A stretch of 64,000 nt of DNA from Acidimicrobiales bacterium (lineage in GTDB: Bacteria; Actinomycetota; Acidimicrobiia; Acidimicrobiales; SZUA-35). Shown here piece after piece: positions 47,127 through 55,672 of this stretch; positions within the stretch are counted from its first letter, which is position 1, and every line of letters starts with the position of its first letter. The stretch is from contig JBKDZN010000219.1 of assembly GCA_047971245.1 (NCBI GenBank), positions 3,616 to 67,615 of the forward strand, given 5' to 3'. The notes beneath the pieces are model-generated. The model saw only the letters and a list, made by a program, of their open reading frames with translations. It was not told where the DNA came from and made no database searches. A program made the translations under genes and the position numbers.

Positions 47127-47325
47127 GTACGGATACCTCCTTCGGCTCGGAGGTCACGTACGCAGCCAGGGCGACGAGGTCCTTCCTCCGAGGAACCAAC
47201 TTCGCTGGAGGCTCCCCCAGGCGACCTGGCTCACCCCCGGACGAGGGTTCACAGTTGCGGGACAGCGCCGGATTCGCACCGGACTTCGCTGGAGGAGACA
47301 CAGCGCCACCGCTGTCGATTCGGTG
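47127..47325 (-). promoter_or_regulatory. cobalamin (B12) riboswitch with SD-sequestering hairpin
   Basis: The minus strand reads ..CAGCGAAGUCCGGUGCGAAUCCGGCGCUGUCCCGCAACUGUGA.. (conserved core, 47249-47280). A B12-box-like GAGCCAGGUCGCCUGG follows. The hairpin CCUCC-GAGCCGAA-GGAGG (47136-47153) pairs the SD 7 nt before the ATG. Confidence 0.85.
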
Positions 47326-47462
47326 ACGCCCGTATGATACCGGTACCACCGATCAAACCCGGCCGGACGGCTACCGTACGCCTGGTGGAGCCCGACCCGC
47401 CGACCGCCTCCCCACCCCGATCGGCCCGGTCCGACCCGCCACCGGACCACCCGACCCCGACC

Positions 47463-48647
47463 GTGCTCGACGGCGACCACCGGCTGGAGCGGATCGAGGT
47501 TCACCTGCTCTCCCTGCCCCTCCGCCAGCCGTTCGCGGCCGCGCACGGGACCATGACCGAGCGGCTGGTGTCGGTGGTGGCCGTGGAGGCCGGCGGGATC
47601 ACGGGATGGGGCGAGTGCTCGGCCCTGCCCCACGCCGGCTACACCCGGGAGGACGCCGTTTCCTCGGCCCGGTTCCTCGGTGAAAACCTGGCACCGGCCC
47701 TGATCGGTCGGCCCCTGGCCGTGCTCACCGAGCGAGCCGGACCCGTCGCCGCCGGGTCGCAGGAGTCCGTCGGTGAGCTCGATCACCCGATGGCGGTGGC
47801 GGCCCTGGAGATGGCCGGCCTCGACGTCGGTCTCCGGGCGGCCGGCTGTTCCCTGGCCCGGTACCTGGCCGAGCATCATGGTGACGGCCGGCCCCCCGAC
47901 ACCCGCCCGGCCGGGGTGGCGGTAGGCCTGGCTTCCCCCGACGACACGGTGCAGCAGGTGGCCGCCCTGGTGGCGGAGGGCTACCGGCGGGTCAAGCTCA
48001 AGATCGAGCCCGGCCATGACCTGACGGTCGTGGCCGCCGTGGCCGCCGCCTGTCCCGGCCTCGAGCTCCAGGTGGACGCCAACGGGGCCTACCGGGCCGA
48101 CGACCCGGGCCACCGGGCCACGATCGAGGCCCTGGTGGCGGGCGGGCCGACCTGGGGTCTCACCGCCCTGGAGCAGCCCTTCGCCGCCGAGGCCGTTCCG
48201 GCGGCCGCGTTCGCGGTGGCAGCGGCCGGATCCGGGGTGCGGATCGTGGCCGACGAGGCGGCACCGGATCTGACCTCGGTTCAGCGCCTGGCCGCCGATG
48301 GCGCCCTGTCGGCGGTGTCGGTGAAGCCGCCCCGCCTCGGCGGCCTGATCCGGGCGGCCGAGGTGCACGACTGGTGCCGGGCCACCGGCCTGGCCGCCAC
48401 CGCGGGCGGCATGGTGGAAACCGGGCTCGGTCGCCACGCCCTGGCCGCGCTGGCCGCCCTCCCCGGGTTCACCCTCACCGGTGATCTGTCCCCGGCGGGT
48501 CGGTGGCTCACCGTCGATCCGTTCCCCGATCTGGTGCTGCACTCGGGGGCCGTCACCGTGCCCGCCGGACCCGGGGTGGCCGGCGACCCCAACACCCGGC
48601 TCCTGAGGCGGGTCACCGTGGACCGGTGGCGGGCCACCGGCGGTTGA
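47463..48647 (+). CDS. menC: o-succinylbenzoate synthase (enolase superfamily)
   Basis: KxK (RRVKLKI), DANGAY, LEQPF, VADE and SVKP catalytic pattern, in men gene context. Start uncertain: GTG 47463 preferred over ATG 47334. Confidence 0.75.
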   Translation: MLDGDHRLERIEVHLLSLPLRQPFAAAHGTMTERLVSVVAVEAGGITGWGECSALPHAGYTREDAVSSARFLGENLAPALIGRPLAVLTERAGPVAAGSQESVGELDHPMAVAALEMAGLDVGLRAAGCSLARYLAEHHGDGRPPDTRPAGVAVGLASPDDTVQQVAALVAEGYRRVKLKIEPGHDLTVVAAVAAACPGLELQVDANGAYRADDPGHRATIEALVAGGPTWGLTALEQPFAAEAVPAAAFAVAAAGSGVRIVADEAAPDLTSVQRLAADGALSAVSVKPPRLGGLIRAAEVHDWCRATGLAATAGGMVETGLGRHALAALAALPGFTLTGDLSPAGRWLTVDPFPDLVLHSGAVTVPAGPGVAGDPNTRLLRRVTVDRWRATGG

Positions 48648-49412
48648 TCAGGCCCCGTCGAGCCCCTCCACGAAGCTCCGGATCCGGTCGGCGGTGGCAG
48701 TCGGCGACTCGAGGTGGACGGCGTGGGTCCCGGGCAGCACGGCCAAGGAGGCCTGGGGCAGCGAGGCCACCAGCCGCTCCCCGAGGGCGACGAACTTCGC
48801 GTCGCCGGCACCGGCGATCACCAGCGTGGGCACGGCCACCCGCCCCAGTTCCGGCCACAACGGGCGCTGCTGCCCGGTCCCCCGGTGGCGGAGAGTGGCG
48901 GCCAACCCCTCGGGCCGGTTGGTCAGCCGGGCGTCGACGGCGGCCGCGTCCGGTCCGAGCCCGGCGAACAGCGGATTGGCCAACCATTGCTCGAGGAATG
49001 CGGCCAGGCCGACCCGTTCGAGCCGTTCGGCCTGGTCGTCATCGGCGCGCGGCCGGGCGGCGCGCTCCTCGGGGGAGTCGATCCCGCCGGTTGCCCCCAC
49101 CACCACCAATGCGTCGACCGATTCCGGGTGGTTGACGGCGGCGTGGAGGGCGATGCGGCCACCCATCGAATAGCCGACGAGCACCGCTGGGCCGGTGGTA
49201 TCCACCAACAGGTGGGCGGCGGTGTCGAGGTCGACGTCGTCGTGGACGGGAGCGGTGCGGCCGTGACCGGGCAGGTCGACCCCGATGACCTCGTGATCGG
49301 TGGCCAGGTCCGGGATCAGGAGGCCCCAGCAGCGGGCGTTCTGGGTGAACCCGTGGGCCAACGCCAGTCGCCGGCCTCGGCCCCACCGTTCGACAGCGAG
49401 CGGTTCGGTCAT
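48648..49412 (-). CDS. menH: alpha/beta hydrolase, probable SHCHC synthase
   Basis: 254 aa with LAHGFTQN, GYSMGG and a C-terminal His. Assignment rests mainly on men context. Confidence 0.55.
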   Translation of the reverse strand: MTEPLAVERWGRGRRLALAHGFTQNARCWGLLIPDLATDHEVIGVDLPGHGRTAPVHDDVDLDTAAHLLVDTTGPAVLVGYSMGGRIALHAAVNHPESVDALVVVGATGGIDSPEERAARPRADDDQAERLERVGLAAFLEQWLANPLFAGLGPDAAAVDARLTNRPEGLAATLRHRGTGQQRPLWPELGRVAVPTLVIAGAGDAKFVALGERLVASLPQASLAVLPGTHAVHLESPTATADRIRSFVEGLDGA

Positions 49413-49511
49413 GCCCACCAGGATGCACCGGCGCCGGCCGAACGCCCCGGCCGGGTCACCGTCGTGACGGCCGCTGGGGATCCGGGTGGGGATCATGACT
49501 AACGTCCGGGT

Positions 49512-50288
49512 ATGACGACACCTGCGGTTCACCTCACCGCGTTGAGCGCCGGATGGATGACCTCGGCGCTCGGCGGTTTCCTCGAAGGGGAGCACGGCTC
49601 GATCACCTTCCCGGTTCCCTTCTACGTGATCGAGCATCCGATGGGGCTCACCGTGGTGGACACCGGACTCCATCCCCAGCTGGCGCAGGACACCACCCGC
49701 CTGGGCGGCCTCGCCGATCTCTTCACCCCGGATCTTCCCGAGGATGGCAGCGGCTCGGTCGGCCCCCAGCTCCGCGCCGCCGGGTTCGATCCCGACCAGG
49801 TGGTGCAGGTCATCCTGACCCATCTCCACTTCGACCACGCCGGGGGCCTGATCGAGCTGCCGAACGCCCGGATCCTGGTGCAACGGCGGGAATGGGCTCA
49901 GCTCACCGATGGTGGCTCGTTGGAGGCCGCCGGCATCAATCCCGACGATGTCGAACTCGGACACGATCGTTTCGAGGCCGACGGTGACGTGGACGTGTAC
50001 GGCGACGGCACGGTGGACTGCCTGGTCACCCCGGGCCACACCCCCGGCCACCAGTCGGTGCGGGTGCGGACGCCGGATCAGACCTATCTGATCTGCGGCG
50101 ACTGCGCCTATCTGGAGCGCAGCCTCGTCCACGAACATCTCCCCCCGTTCGGTTTCGACCGTGACGAACAGGTCCGCTCGATACGCCGCCTGGCCGCGGA
50201 GCAGGCGGCCGGCTGCCGGCTGCTCTACGGCCACGATCCGGACCAGTGGGCGCGGATCCAGCGGGACGGCCTCCTCGACGGGGCCTGA
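49512..50288 (+). CDS. MBL-fold hydrolase, N-acyl homoserine lactonase (AiiA/AhlD)-like
   Basis: THLHFDHAGG, TPGHTPGHQS and YGHD, a motif order like AHL lactonases. Confidence 0.75.
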   Translation: MTTPAVHLTALSAGWMTSALGGFLEGEHGSITFPVPFYVIEHPMGLTVVDTGLHPQLAQDTTRLGGLADLFTPDLPEDGSGSVGPQLRAAGFDPDQVVQVILTHLHFDHAGGLIELPNARILVQRREWAQLTDGGSLEAAGINPDDVELGHDRFEADGDVDVYGDGTVDCLVTPGHTPGHQSVRVRTPDQTYLICGDCAYLERSLVHEHLPPFGFDRDEQVRSIRRLAAEQAAGCRLLYGHDPDQWARIQRDGLLDGA

Positions 50289-50295
50289 TCGTCGC

Positions 50296-51558
50296 TCAGT
50301 TGCGGACGAGCAGCGCCACCGGCCCCCGGAAGGCGAGATTGGGGTCGAACCGCAGATCCTGGGCCACGAGCTCGAGATCGGGGCAGCGGGCGGCCAGCTC
50401 CTCCAGGGCGATGACGGCCACCGTTTTGGCCAGGGGCGCGCCCAGGCAATGGTGTTTCCCCTTTCCGAAGGACAGGGCGTCGGTGGCGTTCGACCGGGTC
50501 GGGTCGAACCAGTCGGGGTGCTCGAAGCGGTCGGGGTCACGGTTGGCCACGCCCAGCAGCAGCAACAGCTTCGCCCCCGCCGGCAGCGTCGTATCCCCCA
50601 GGGTGGTCTCCCGCGTCGTGACGCGCCGCCAGCTGACGAGACCCGGGTCGTAGCGGATGATCTCGTCCACCACCGCCGGGACCAGCGATGGCCGGTCCAC
50701 CACCGCGGTCCACATCGCCCGATCCTCCAGCAGGCGGCGCACCATGTTGGAAATCAGGTTCTTGGTCGCCTCGTGACCGGCGAAGCTGAGACCAAAGACA
50801 ATGTGCGTGATCTCCAGCATGCTTAACGTCGATGGATCGGAGAGGTGAATACGGATAAGATCACCGGTGAGATCATCACCCGGATTGTTCAGATTCCGCT
50901 CGACGTGACGTTGGCAGTAGCGGAAATAGGCCACCATGTCATGAGCAGAGTTCACCTGCTGGTCCCGCGTCGGACGACCCCATCCGACGGCCATGCGATT
51001 TCCCCCCCAGGCCTCGAGCGTGACCGCATCGTCGGCGGGGAAGCCGAGCAGGGTGAAGGTGGTGGAGGTCGGGAGGGGCCGCGAGAACCGCTCCACCAGG
51101 TCGAACTCACCGGCCGGGAAGTCAGCGATCAGCTCGACGGCTCGGCGCCGCACGATCGGCCCCATGGCCAGCAGTCGTGGGCCACTCAGCCCGATCTGGT
51201 TGTGACCTCGGATCCTGGAGTGCTCCGGACCGTCCAGGTCCGACATGGTCCGCAAGGGCCGGAAACCCTCCGCGAGGATACGAGCCGCGTCCTCGTGGAT
51301 CGGCGTGAGGGGAGCATGGGCGACCGCGGCGGAATAGGTTTCGGCATCATCGAAGACCGCCTCGACCTGGTCGTAGCGGGCCACCAGCCACAGATCACCT
51401 TCGGTCCAGTAGCGAGGCCCGGCGGCCTCGAGTAGTTCTGGCACCATCGTGTACGGATCGTCGAGGTACTGGGCGCAGAACGGGTCGAACGCAACCGGAC
51501 ACCACAGCCCACCACCGACGTGGGGCACAGGGGCATACCCGGACTGACTGAACGGCAT
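50296..51558 (-). CDS. cytochrome P450
   Basis: ATG 51558. I-helix AGHEATKN, EIIRYD (ExxR) and heme loop FGKGKHHCLGAPLA. Visibly lower GC than the surrounding sequence. Confidence 0.9.
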   Translation of the reverse strand: MPFSQSGYAPVPHVGGGLWCPVAFDPFCAQYLDDPYTMVPELLEAAGPRYWTEGDLWLVARYDQVEAVFDDAETYSAAVAHAPLTPIHEDAARILAEGFRPLRTMSDLDGPEHSRIRGHNQIGLSGPRLLAMGPIVRRRAVELIADFPAGEFDLVERFSRPLPTSTTFTLLGFPADDAVTLEAWGGNRMAVGWGRPTRDQQVNSAHDMVAYFRYCQRHVERNLNNPGDDLTGDLIRIHLSDPSTLSMLEITHIVFGLSFAGHEATKNLISNMVRRLLEDRAMWTAVVDRPSLVPAVVDEIIRYDPGLVSWRRVTTRETTLGDTTLPAGAKLLLLLGVANRDPDRFEHPDWFDPTRSNATDALSFGKGKHHCLGAPLAKTVAVIALEELAARCPDLELVAQDLRFDPNLAFRGPVALLVRN

Positions 51559-51726
51559 CGGTGATTGTCCCCTTCCTCTGGCAGTTCGTTCGTACGCCTG
51601 GCACCCACCGCGAGAGAACAGAAGCGAGGCACCGACGTGGCCCGACAACGACGGTTGGCCGGTCCCGGCCAACGAACTCAAGGGGGCCCACCCACAGCCA
51701 TGAATGCCAACGAATGACAACAAATC

Positions 51727-51751
51727 GGGCCATTGTTCGAACAAACGGCCC
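51727..51751. promoter_or_regulatory. 25-nt near-perfect palindrome with perfect 12-bp core TTGTTCGAACAA
   Basis: GGGCCATTGTTCGAACAAACGGCCC, in the P450/LysR divergent intergenic region. Confidence 0.4.
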
Positions 51752-51813
51752 GACACGTCGACGGTTAGCCATGAAGCCGGGACGGGAAAGTCCTACTCTT
51801 AACTGTCGCCCAG

Positions 51814-51834
51814 GTACTTCGAAGTGTAAAGTAC
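51814..51834. promoter_or_regulatory. LysR-type dyad (GTACTT-N9-AAGTAC)
   Basis: Perfect 6-bp arms, 32 nt upstream of the LysR start. Fits the interrupted-dyad architecture of LTTR boxes. Confidence 0.4.
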
Positions 51835-51865
51835 GACTTGCCGGCTCTTGCCGTAAGATGCTCTT

Positions 51866-52771
51866 ATGGCAGGGGGATCCGCCGAGTTCACGCTTCGTCA
51901 GGCCCGGTACTTCCTGGTCGCGGCCGAAACGGGGAGCATGGCCGCGGCCGCACGCCGGCTGCACGTGTCGGCCAGCGCCGTGTCCCAGGCCATCTCGACG
52001 CTGGAGCGGATCCTCGGCGCCAGCCTGCTCGTCCGGGCGCCCCACCAGCCACTGGCCCTCACGTCGAGCGGCGCCCGCCTCATCGGCGACCTCCGCCGCC
52101 TGGTCGACGCGGCCGACGAGCTGGTCGACGAGGCCCAACGCGACGCCGAGCAGACGGCCGGCCAGCTCCGGCTCGGCTGCTACATGACCCTGGCCCCGAT
52201 TTATGTGCCCCAACTCATCGCCGCCAACGAGCAGGCCCATCCCGGAATCGATATCCGGGTCTCGGAACTCCCCCTCAACGAGCTGCAGGACCAGCTGTTC
52301 GACGGCCGGCTGGAGCTCGGCCTGCTCTACGATCGCAACATCCGCCCCGGCATCGCCACCGAGGTCGTGGCCGAGACCCGGCCCCACGCCATCGTGTGGG
52401 CCGATCATCCCCTGGCCGATCGGAAATCGGTTCACCTGCACGAATTGGCCGAGGATCCGATGGTGGTGCTCGATGTGCCCCCGAGCCGGAACTACTTCGG
52501 CGAACTGCTCGACGACCTGGGCATCCAACCCCCGGCGATGCGGATCACCGGCAGCTACGAGACGGTCCGGTCGCTGGTGGCCCGGGGTCTCGGCTGGTCC
52601 ATCCTGATCCAGCGTCCGGGTATCGACATCAGCTACGAGGGGCGGCCGATCCGGACCCTAGAGATCGCCGACCGGTTACCGGCGATGCCGGTGTTGGCCG
52701 CGTGGCCTGCCCAGGCCCAGCTCCCCCGCCGAACGGTGGCCGTGCTGGAGACCATCCGTCGTCTCGCCTGA
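51866..52771 (+). CDS. LysR family transcriptional regulator
   Basis: LRQARYFLVAAETGSMAAAARRLHVSASAVSQAISTLE wHTH. Divergent from the P450 gene. Confidence 0.85.
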   Translation: MAGGSAEFTLRQARYFLVAAETGSMAAAARRLHVSASAVSQAISTLERILGASLLVRAPHQPLALTSSGARLIGDLRRLVDAADELVDEAQRDAEQTAGQLRLGCYMTLAPIYVPQLIAANEQAHPGIDIRVSELPLNELQDQLFDGRLELGLLYDRNIRPGIATEVVAETRPHAIVWADHPLADRKSVHLHELAEDPMVVLDVPPSRNYFGELLDDLGIQPPAMRITGSYETVRSLVARGLGWSILIQRPGIDISYEGRPIRTLEIADRLPAMPVLAAWPAQAQLPRRTVAVLETIRRLA

Positions 52772-52806
52772 CCCGTGCCGGAGACCGGGCGCAGCGCGAC
52801 CGGGTC

Positions 52807-52830
52807 GGGACGGTGGCTAGGTTGTGGCCC
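52807..52830 (+). promoter_or_regulatory. promoter-like box GGGACGGT-GGCTAGGTTGTGGCCC abutting the menD ATG (leaderless-type)
   Basis: The -10-like TAGGTT ends 7 nt before ATG 52831, with no SD. The same box recurs at 58165. Confidence 0.45.
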
Positions 52831-54570
52831 ATGACCGCACCGGCCGCACCACCCGTCACGGCGACGGCCACCTTCTGCGCCACCCTGGTCGACGAATGGG
52901 TTCGCGCCGGGGTGACCGCGGCGATGCTGGCGCCGGGTTCCCGGTCGACCCCCCTGGCCCTGGCCCTGACGCGCCAGTCCCGACTCCGGGTCCACCTGTT
53001 CCACGACGAGCGCGCCGCTGGGTACGCGGCCGTGGGCCATGGACTGACGACGGGCCGGCCCGCCGTGGTGTTGTGCACCAGCGGCACGGCGGCCACCCAC
53101 CTCCACGGAGCGGTGGTGGAGGCCGACCTCGCGGCGGTGCCGTTGATCGTATGCACCGCCGACCGGCCACCAGAGCTGTGGGGGGTGGGGGCGCCCCAGA
53201 CGATCGACCAGAACGGGCTGTACGGGTCAGCCGTCCGCGGGTTCCACCAGCCGGGTGTGCCGCACGACGGCGACTCGGGTTGGTGGCGGTCGCTGGCCTC
53301 CCGCCTGGTGGCCGACGCCGTGGGCTGGGCGGGGCGGCCCGGACCCGTCCACGCCAACCTCAGTTTCCGCGACCCCCTGGTGGGCTCCCCCGGCCCGCTC
53401 CCACCCGGTCGTCCCGGCACAGCCCCGTGGCATCGCACCGAACCCGGTCCCCGGGCGGCCACCCCGGCGCCGGGTGGGGCGGCGACCGTCCTGCTCGACA
53501 CCGTCGTCGAGCCCGGAACGGGCCGCGGCCGGGCCCGGTCCGGGGTGTTCGTCGTGGGACGGACGACGGCCCGGTCCGAGTCCATCACGGAGCTGGCCCG
53601 TCGCCTCGGTTGGCCGGTACTCGCCGACCACCGTTCCGGCTGTCGCGGTGGGGACACGGCGATCCGTCGGTTCGACGGGTTGCTCCGCTCCCCGTCGTTC
53701 GCGGCCGCCGCCGTGCCGGACGTGATCGTCCGGATCGGCGAACCACTGGCCAGCAAGCTGGTCAGCCAGTGGATCGAGACCGCGGCGGCCGCCGGGACCG
53801 AGGTCATCTCCGTGACCGACCGGGGCCGCTGGATCGACCCGGAGCGCGCCGCGTCGGTGGTCGTCGACGACCCGGCCGGGCTCGACGACCTGCCGGCCGC
53901 CCTCCCCGAACGACTCCGACCGGCGGCCACCGCGGCCTGGTGGCGGCGCGCCGATGAGGCCGCGGGGGCGGCGGGGGCCAACCGTCTTCCCGTCGAACCG
54001 GCCGTCATGGCCGCCGTTGTCGACACCCTCCCCCCGGAGGCCGCCCTGGTCGTCGCCTCCTCCATGCCGGTCCGCGATCTGGAGTGGTACGGCCCCCCGG
54101 GGTCGGGGGTGGCGGTGCTGGCGAATCGGGGGGCCAACGGGATCGACGGTGTGGTCGCCACCGCCATCGGGGTCGCCCTCACCGGGCGACCGACCACGGT
54201 CGTCGTCGGCGACCTGGCGTTCCTGCACGATTCGACCGCCCTGATCGCCCTGGCGGCCCGCGACGTCGATCTCGAGATCGTCGTGATCGACAACGACGGC
54301 GGCGGCATCTTCTCCTTCCTCGCCCAGGCCGCCCTGCTCGACCACGAGCGCTTCGAGGCCCTGTTCGGCACCCCCCACGGAACCGACGTGGCCGCCCTGG
54401 CCGCGGCCCATCGACTCCCGGTGACCCGCTGGCCCGACCGGACGCCGGGCCCCGGCCCTCGGGTGGTCGTCGCCTCCAGCGACCGGGACGCCAACCGGGC
54501 CGGCCACGCGGCCCTGAACGCGGCCATCGTGGCCGTCGCCGACGATCACGCCGCCTCGAACCCCCGCTGA
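52831..54570 (+). CDS. menD: 2-succinyl-5-enolpyruvyl-6-hydroxy-3-cyclohexene-1-carboxylate (SEPHCHC) synthase
   Basis: 579 aa. MenD N-terminus (FCATLVDEWVRAGV..APGSRSTPLALA..FHDERAAGYAA). TPP motif GDLAFLHD..NNDGGGIF-like (DNDGGGIFSFL). Confidence 0.9.
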   Translation: MTAPAAPPVTATATFCATLVDEWVRAGVTAAMLAPGSRSTPLALALTRQSRLRVHLFHDERAAGYAAVGHGLTTGRPAVVLCTSGTAATHLHGAVVEADLAAVPLIVCTADRPPELWGVGAPQTIDQNGLYGSAVRGFHQPGVPHDGDSGWWRSLASRLVADAVGWAGRPGPVHANLSFRDPLVGSPGPLPPGRPGTAPWHRTEPGPRAATPAPGGAATVLLDTVVEPGTGRGRARSGVFVVGRTTARSESITELARRLGWPVLADHRSGCRGGDTAIRRFDGLLRSPSFAAAAVPDVIVRIGEPLASKLVSQWIETAAAAGTEVISVTDRGRWIDPERAASVVVDDPAGLDDLPAALPERLRPAATAAWWRRADEAAGAAGANRLPVEPAVMAAVVDTLPPEAALVVASSMPVRDLEWYGPPGSGVAVLANRGANGIDGVVATAIGVALTGRPTTVVVGDLAFLHDSTALIALAARDVDLEIVVIDNDGGGIFSFLAQAALLDHERFEALFGTPHGTDVAALAAAHRLPVTRWPDRTPGPGPRVVVASSDRDANRAGHAALNAAIVAVADDHAASNPR

Positions 54571-54626
54571 AACCCGCCGCCACCGGCAACCCGCGCCTCC
54601 CGGCCACGGGCCTAGGCTGACCGGCC

Positions 54627-55610
54627 ATGGCCGACGACACCGCTCCCCCGACCCCCGCCCCTGCCCCCACCCCGGGCTCTGCGGCACCCGGCGCCGGTCG
54701 GCCCGCCAACGGGGTGTCCGATCTGTTCGACCCCGACCGCTGGATCCCGGTGACGGGATTCGAGTTCACCGACATCACCTACCACCGGGCGAAGGAGACG
54801 GGGGCGGTCCGAATCGCCTTCGACCGGCCCGAGGTCCGCAACGCGTTCCGGCCCCACACGGTCGACGAGTTGTACCGGGCGCTCGACCACGCCCGGATGA
54901 CCACCGACGTCGGCTGTGTCCTGCTCACCGGGAACGGCCCGTCGCCCCGGGACGGCGGCTGGGCGTTCTGCTCCGGCGGCGATCAACGGATCCGCGGACG
55001 CGACGGCTACCGCTATGCGGATGGCGAGACGGCGGCCGAGATCGATCCGGCCCGCAGCGGACGGCTCCACATCCTCGAGGTGCAGCGGCTGATCCGGATG
55101 ATGCCCAAGGTGGTGATCTGTGTGGTGCCGGGGTGGGCGGCCGGCGGCGGACACAGCCTGCATGTGGTCAGCGATCTCACCCTCGCCTCGGCCGAACACG
55201 CCCGGTTCAAGCAGACCGACACCGACGTGGCCAGCTTCGACGGGGGTTTCGGATCCGCGTATCTGGCCCGCCAGGTCGGCCAGAAGATCGCCCGGGAGAT
55301 CTTCTTCCTGGGCCGCACCTACACCGCGGACGAGGCGAAACAGCAGGGCGTCGTCAACGCCGTCGTCCCCCACACCGACCTTGAGAGCGAGGCGCTCCAA
55401 TGGGCGGCGGAGATCTGCGGCAAGAGCCCGACCGCCCAGCGGATGGTCAAGTTCGCCCTCAACCTGATCGACGACGGCCTCGTCGGTCAGCAGGTGTTCG
55501 CCGGGGAAGCCACCCGTCTGGCGTATGCCTCCGACGAGGCCGCCGAGGGGCGCGACGCCTTCCTCGACAAGCGCGACCCGGACTGGTCCGCCTTCCCGTA
55601 CCACTTCTGA
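54627..55610 (+). CDS. menB: 1,4-dihydroxy-2-naphthoyl-CoA synthase
   Basis: Crotonase fold with FCSGGDQ, GWAAGGGHSLHVVSDL and the C-terminal PDWSAFPYHF. Pro/Ala-rich N-terminal extension. TAGGCT lies 8 nt before the ATG. Confidence 0.9.
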   Translation: MADDTAPPTPAPAPTPGSAAPGAGRPANGVSDLFDPDRWIPVTGFEFTDITYHRAKETGAVRIAFDRPEVRNAFRPHTVDELYRALDHARMTTDVGCVLLTGNGPSPRDGGWAFCSGGDQRIRGRDGYRYADGETAAEIDPARSGRLHILEVQRLIRMMPKVVICVVPGWAAGGGHSLHVVSDLTLASAEHARFKQTDTDVASFDGGFGSAYLARQVGQKIAREIFFLGRTYTADEAKQQGVVNAVVPHTDLESEALQWAAEICGKSPTAQRMVKFALNLIDDGLVGQQVFAGEATRLAYASDEAAEGRDAFLDKRDPDWSAFPYHF

Positions 55611-55624
55611 CCCAGGCACGGCCC

Positions 55625-55672
55625 AAGGACCCCGTAACCGAAGGACCCCGTAGCCGAAGGACCCCGTCAGTC
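55625..55672. repeat. 16-bp tandem repeat x3 (AAGGACCCCGTARCCG)
   Basis: Three adjacent units between convergent menB and the membrane-protein gene. The third unit overlaps that gene's stop codon. Confidence 0.85.

Noticed and set aside
47334-47462. ATG 47334 as the menC start (MIPVPPIKPG...).
   Set aside because: The extra 43 aa are Pro-rich and low-complexity. The ATG lies inside a TATGAT -10-like hexamer and overlaps the 5' edge of the opposite-strand riboswitch. Enolase-superfamily homology begins near LERIEVHLLSLPL. The start remains uncertain.
48645-48650. TGATCA palindrome formed by the abutting stop codons of convergent menC and menH.
   Set aside because: It is a coincidental consequence of two TGA stops meeting. 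No extended dyad surrounds it.
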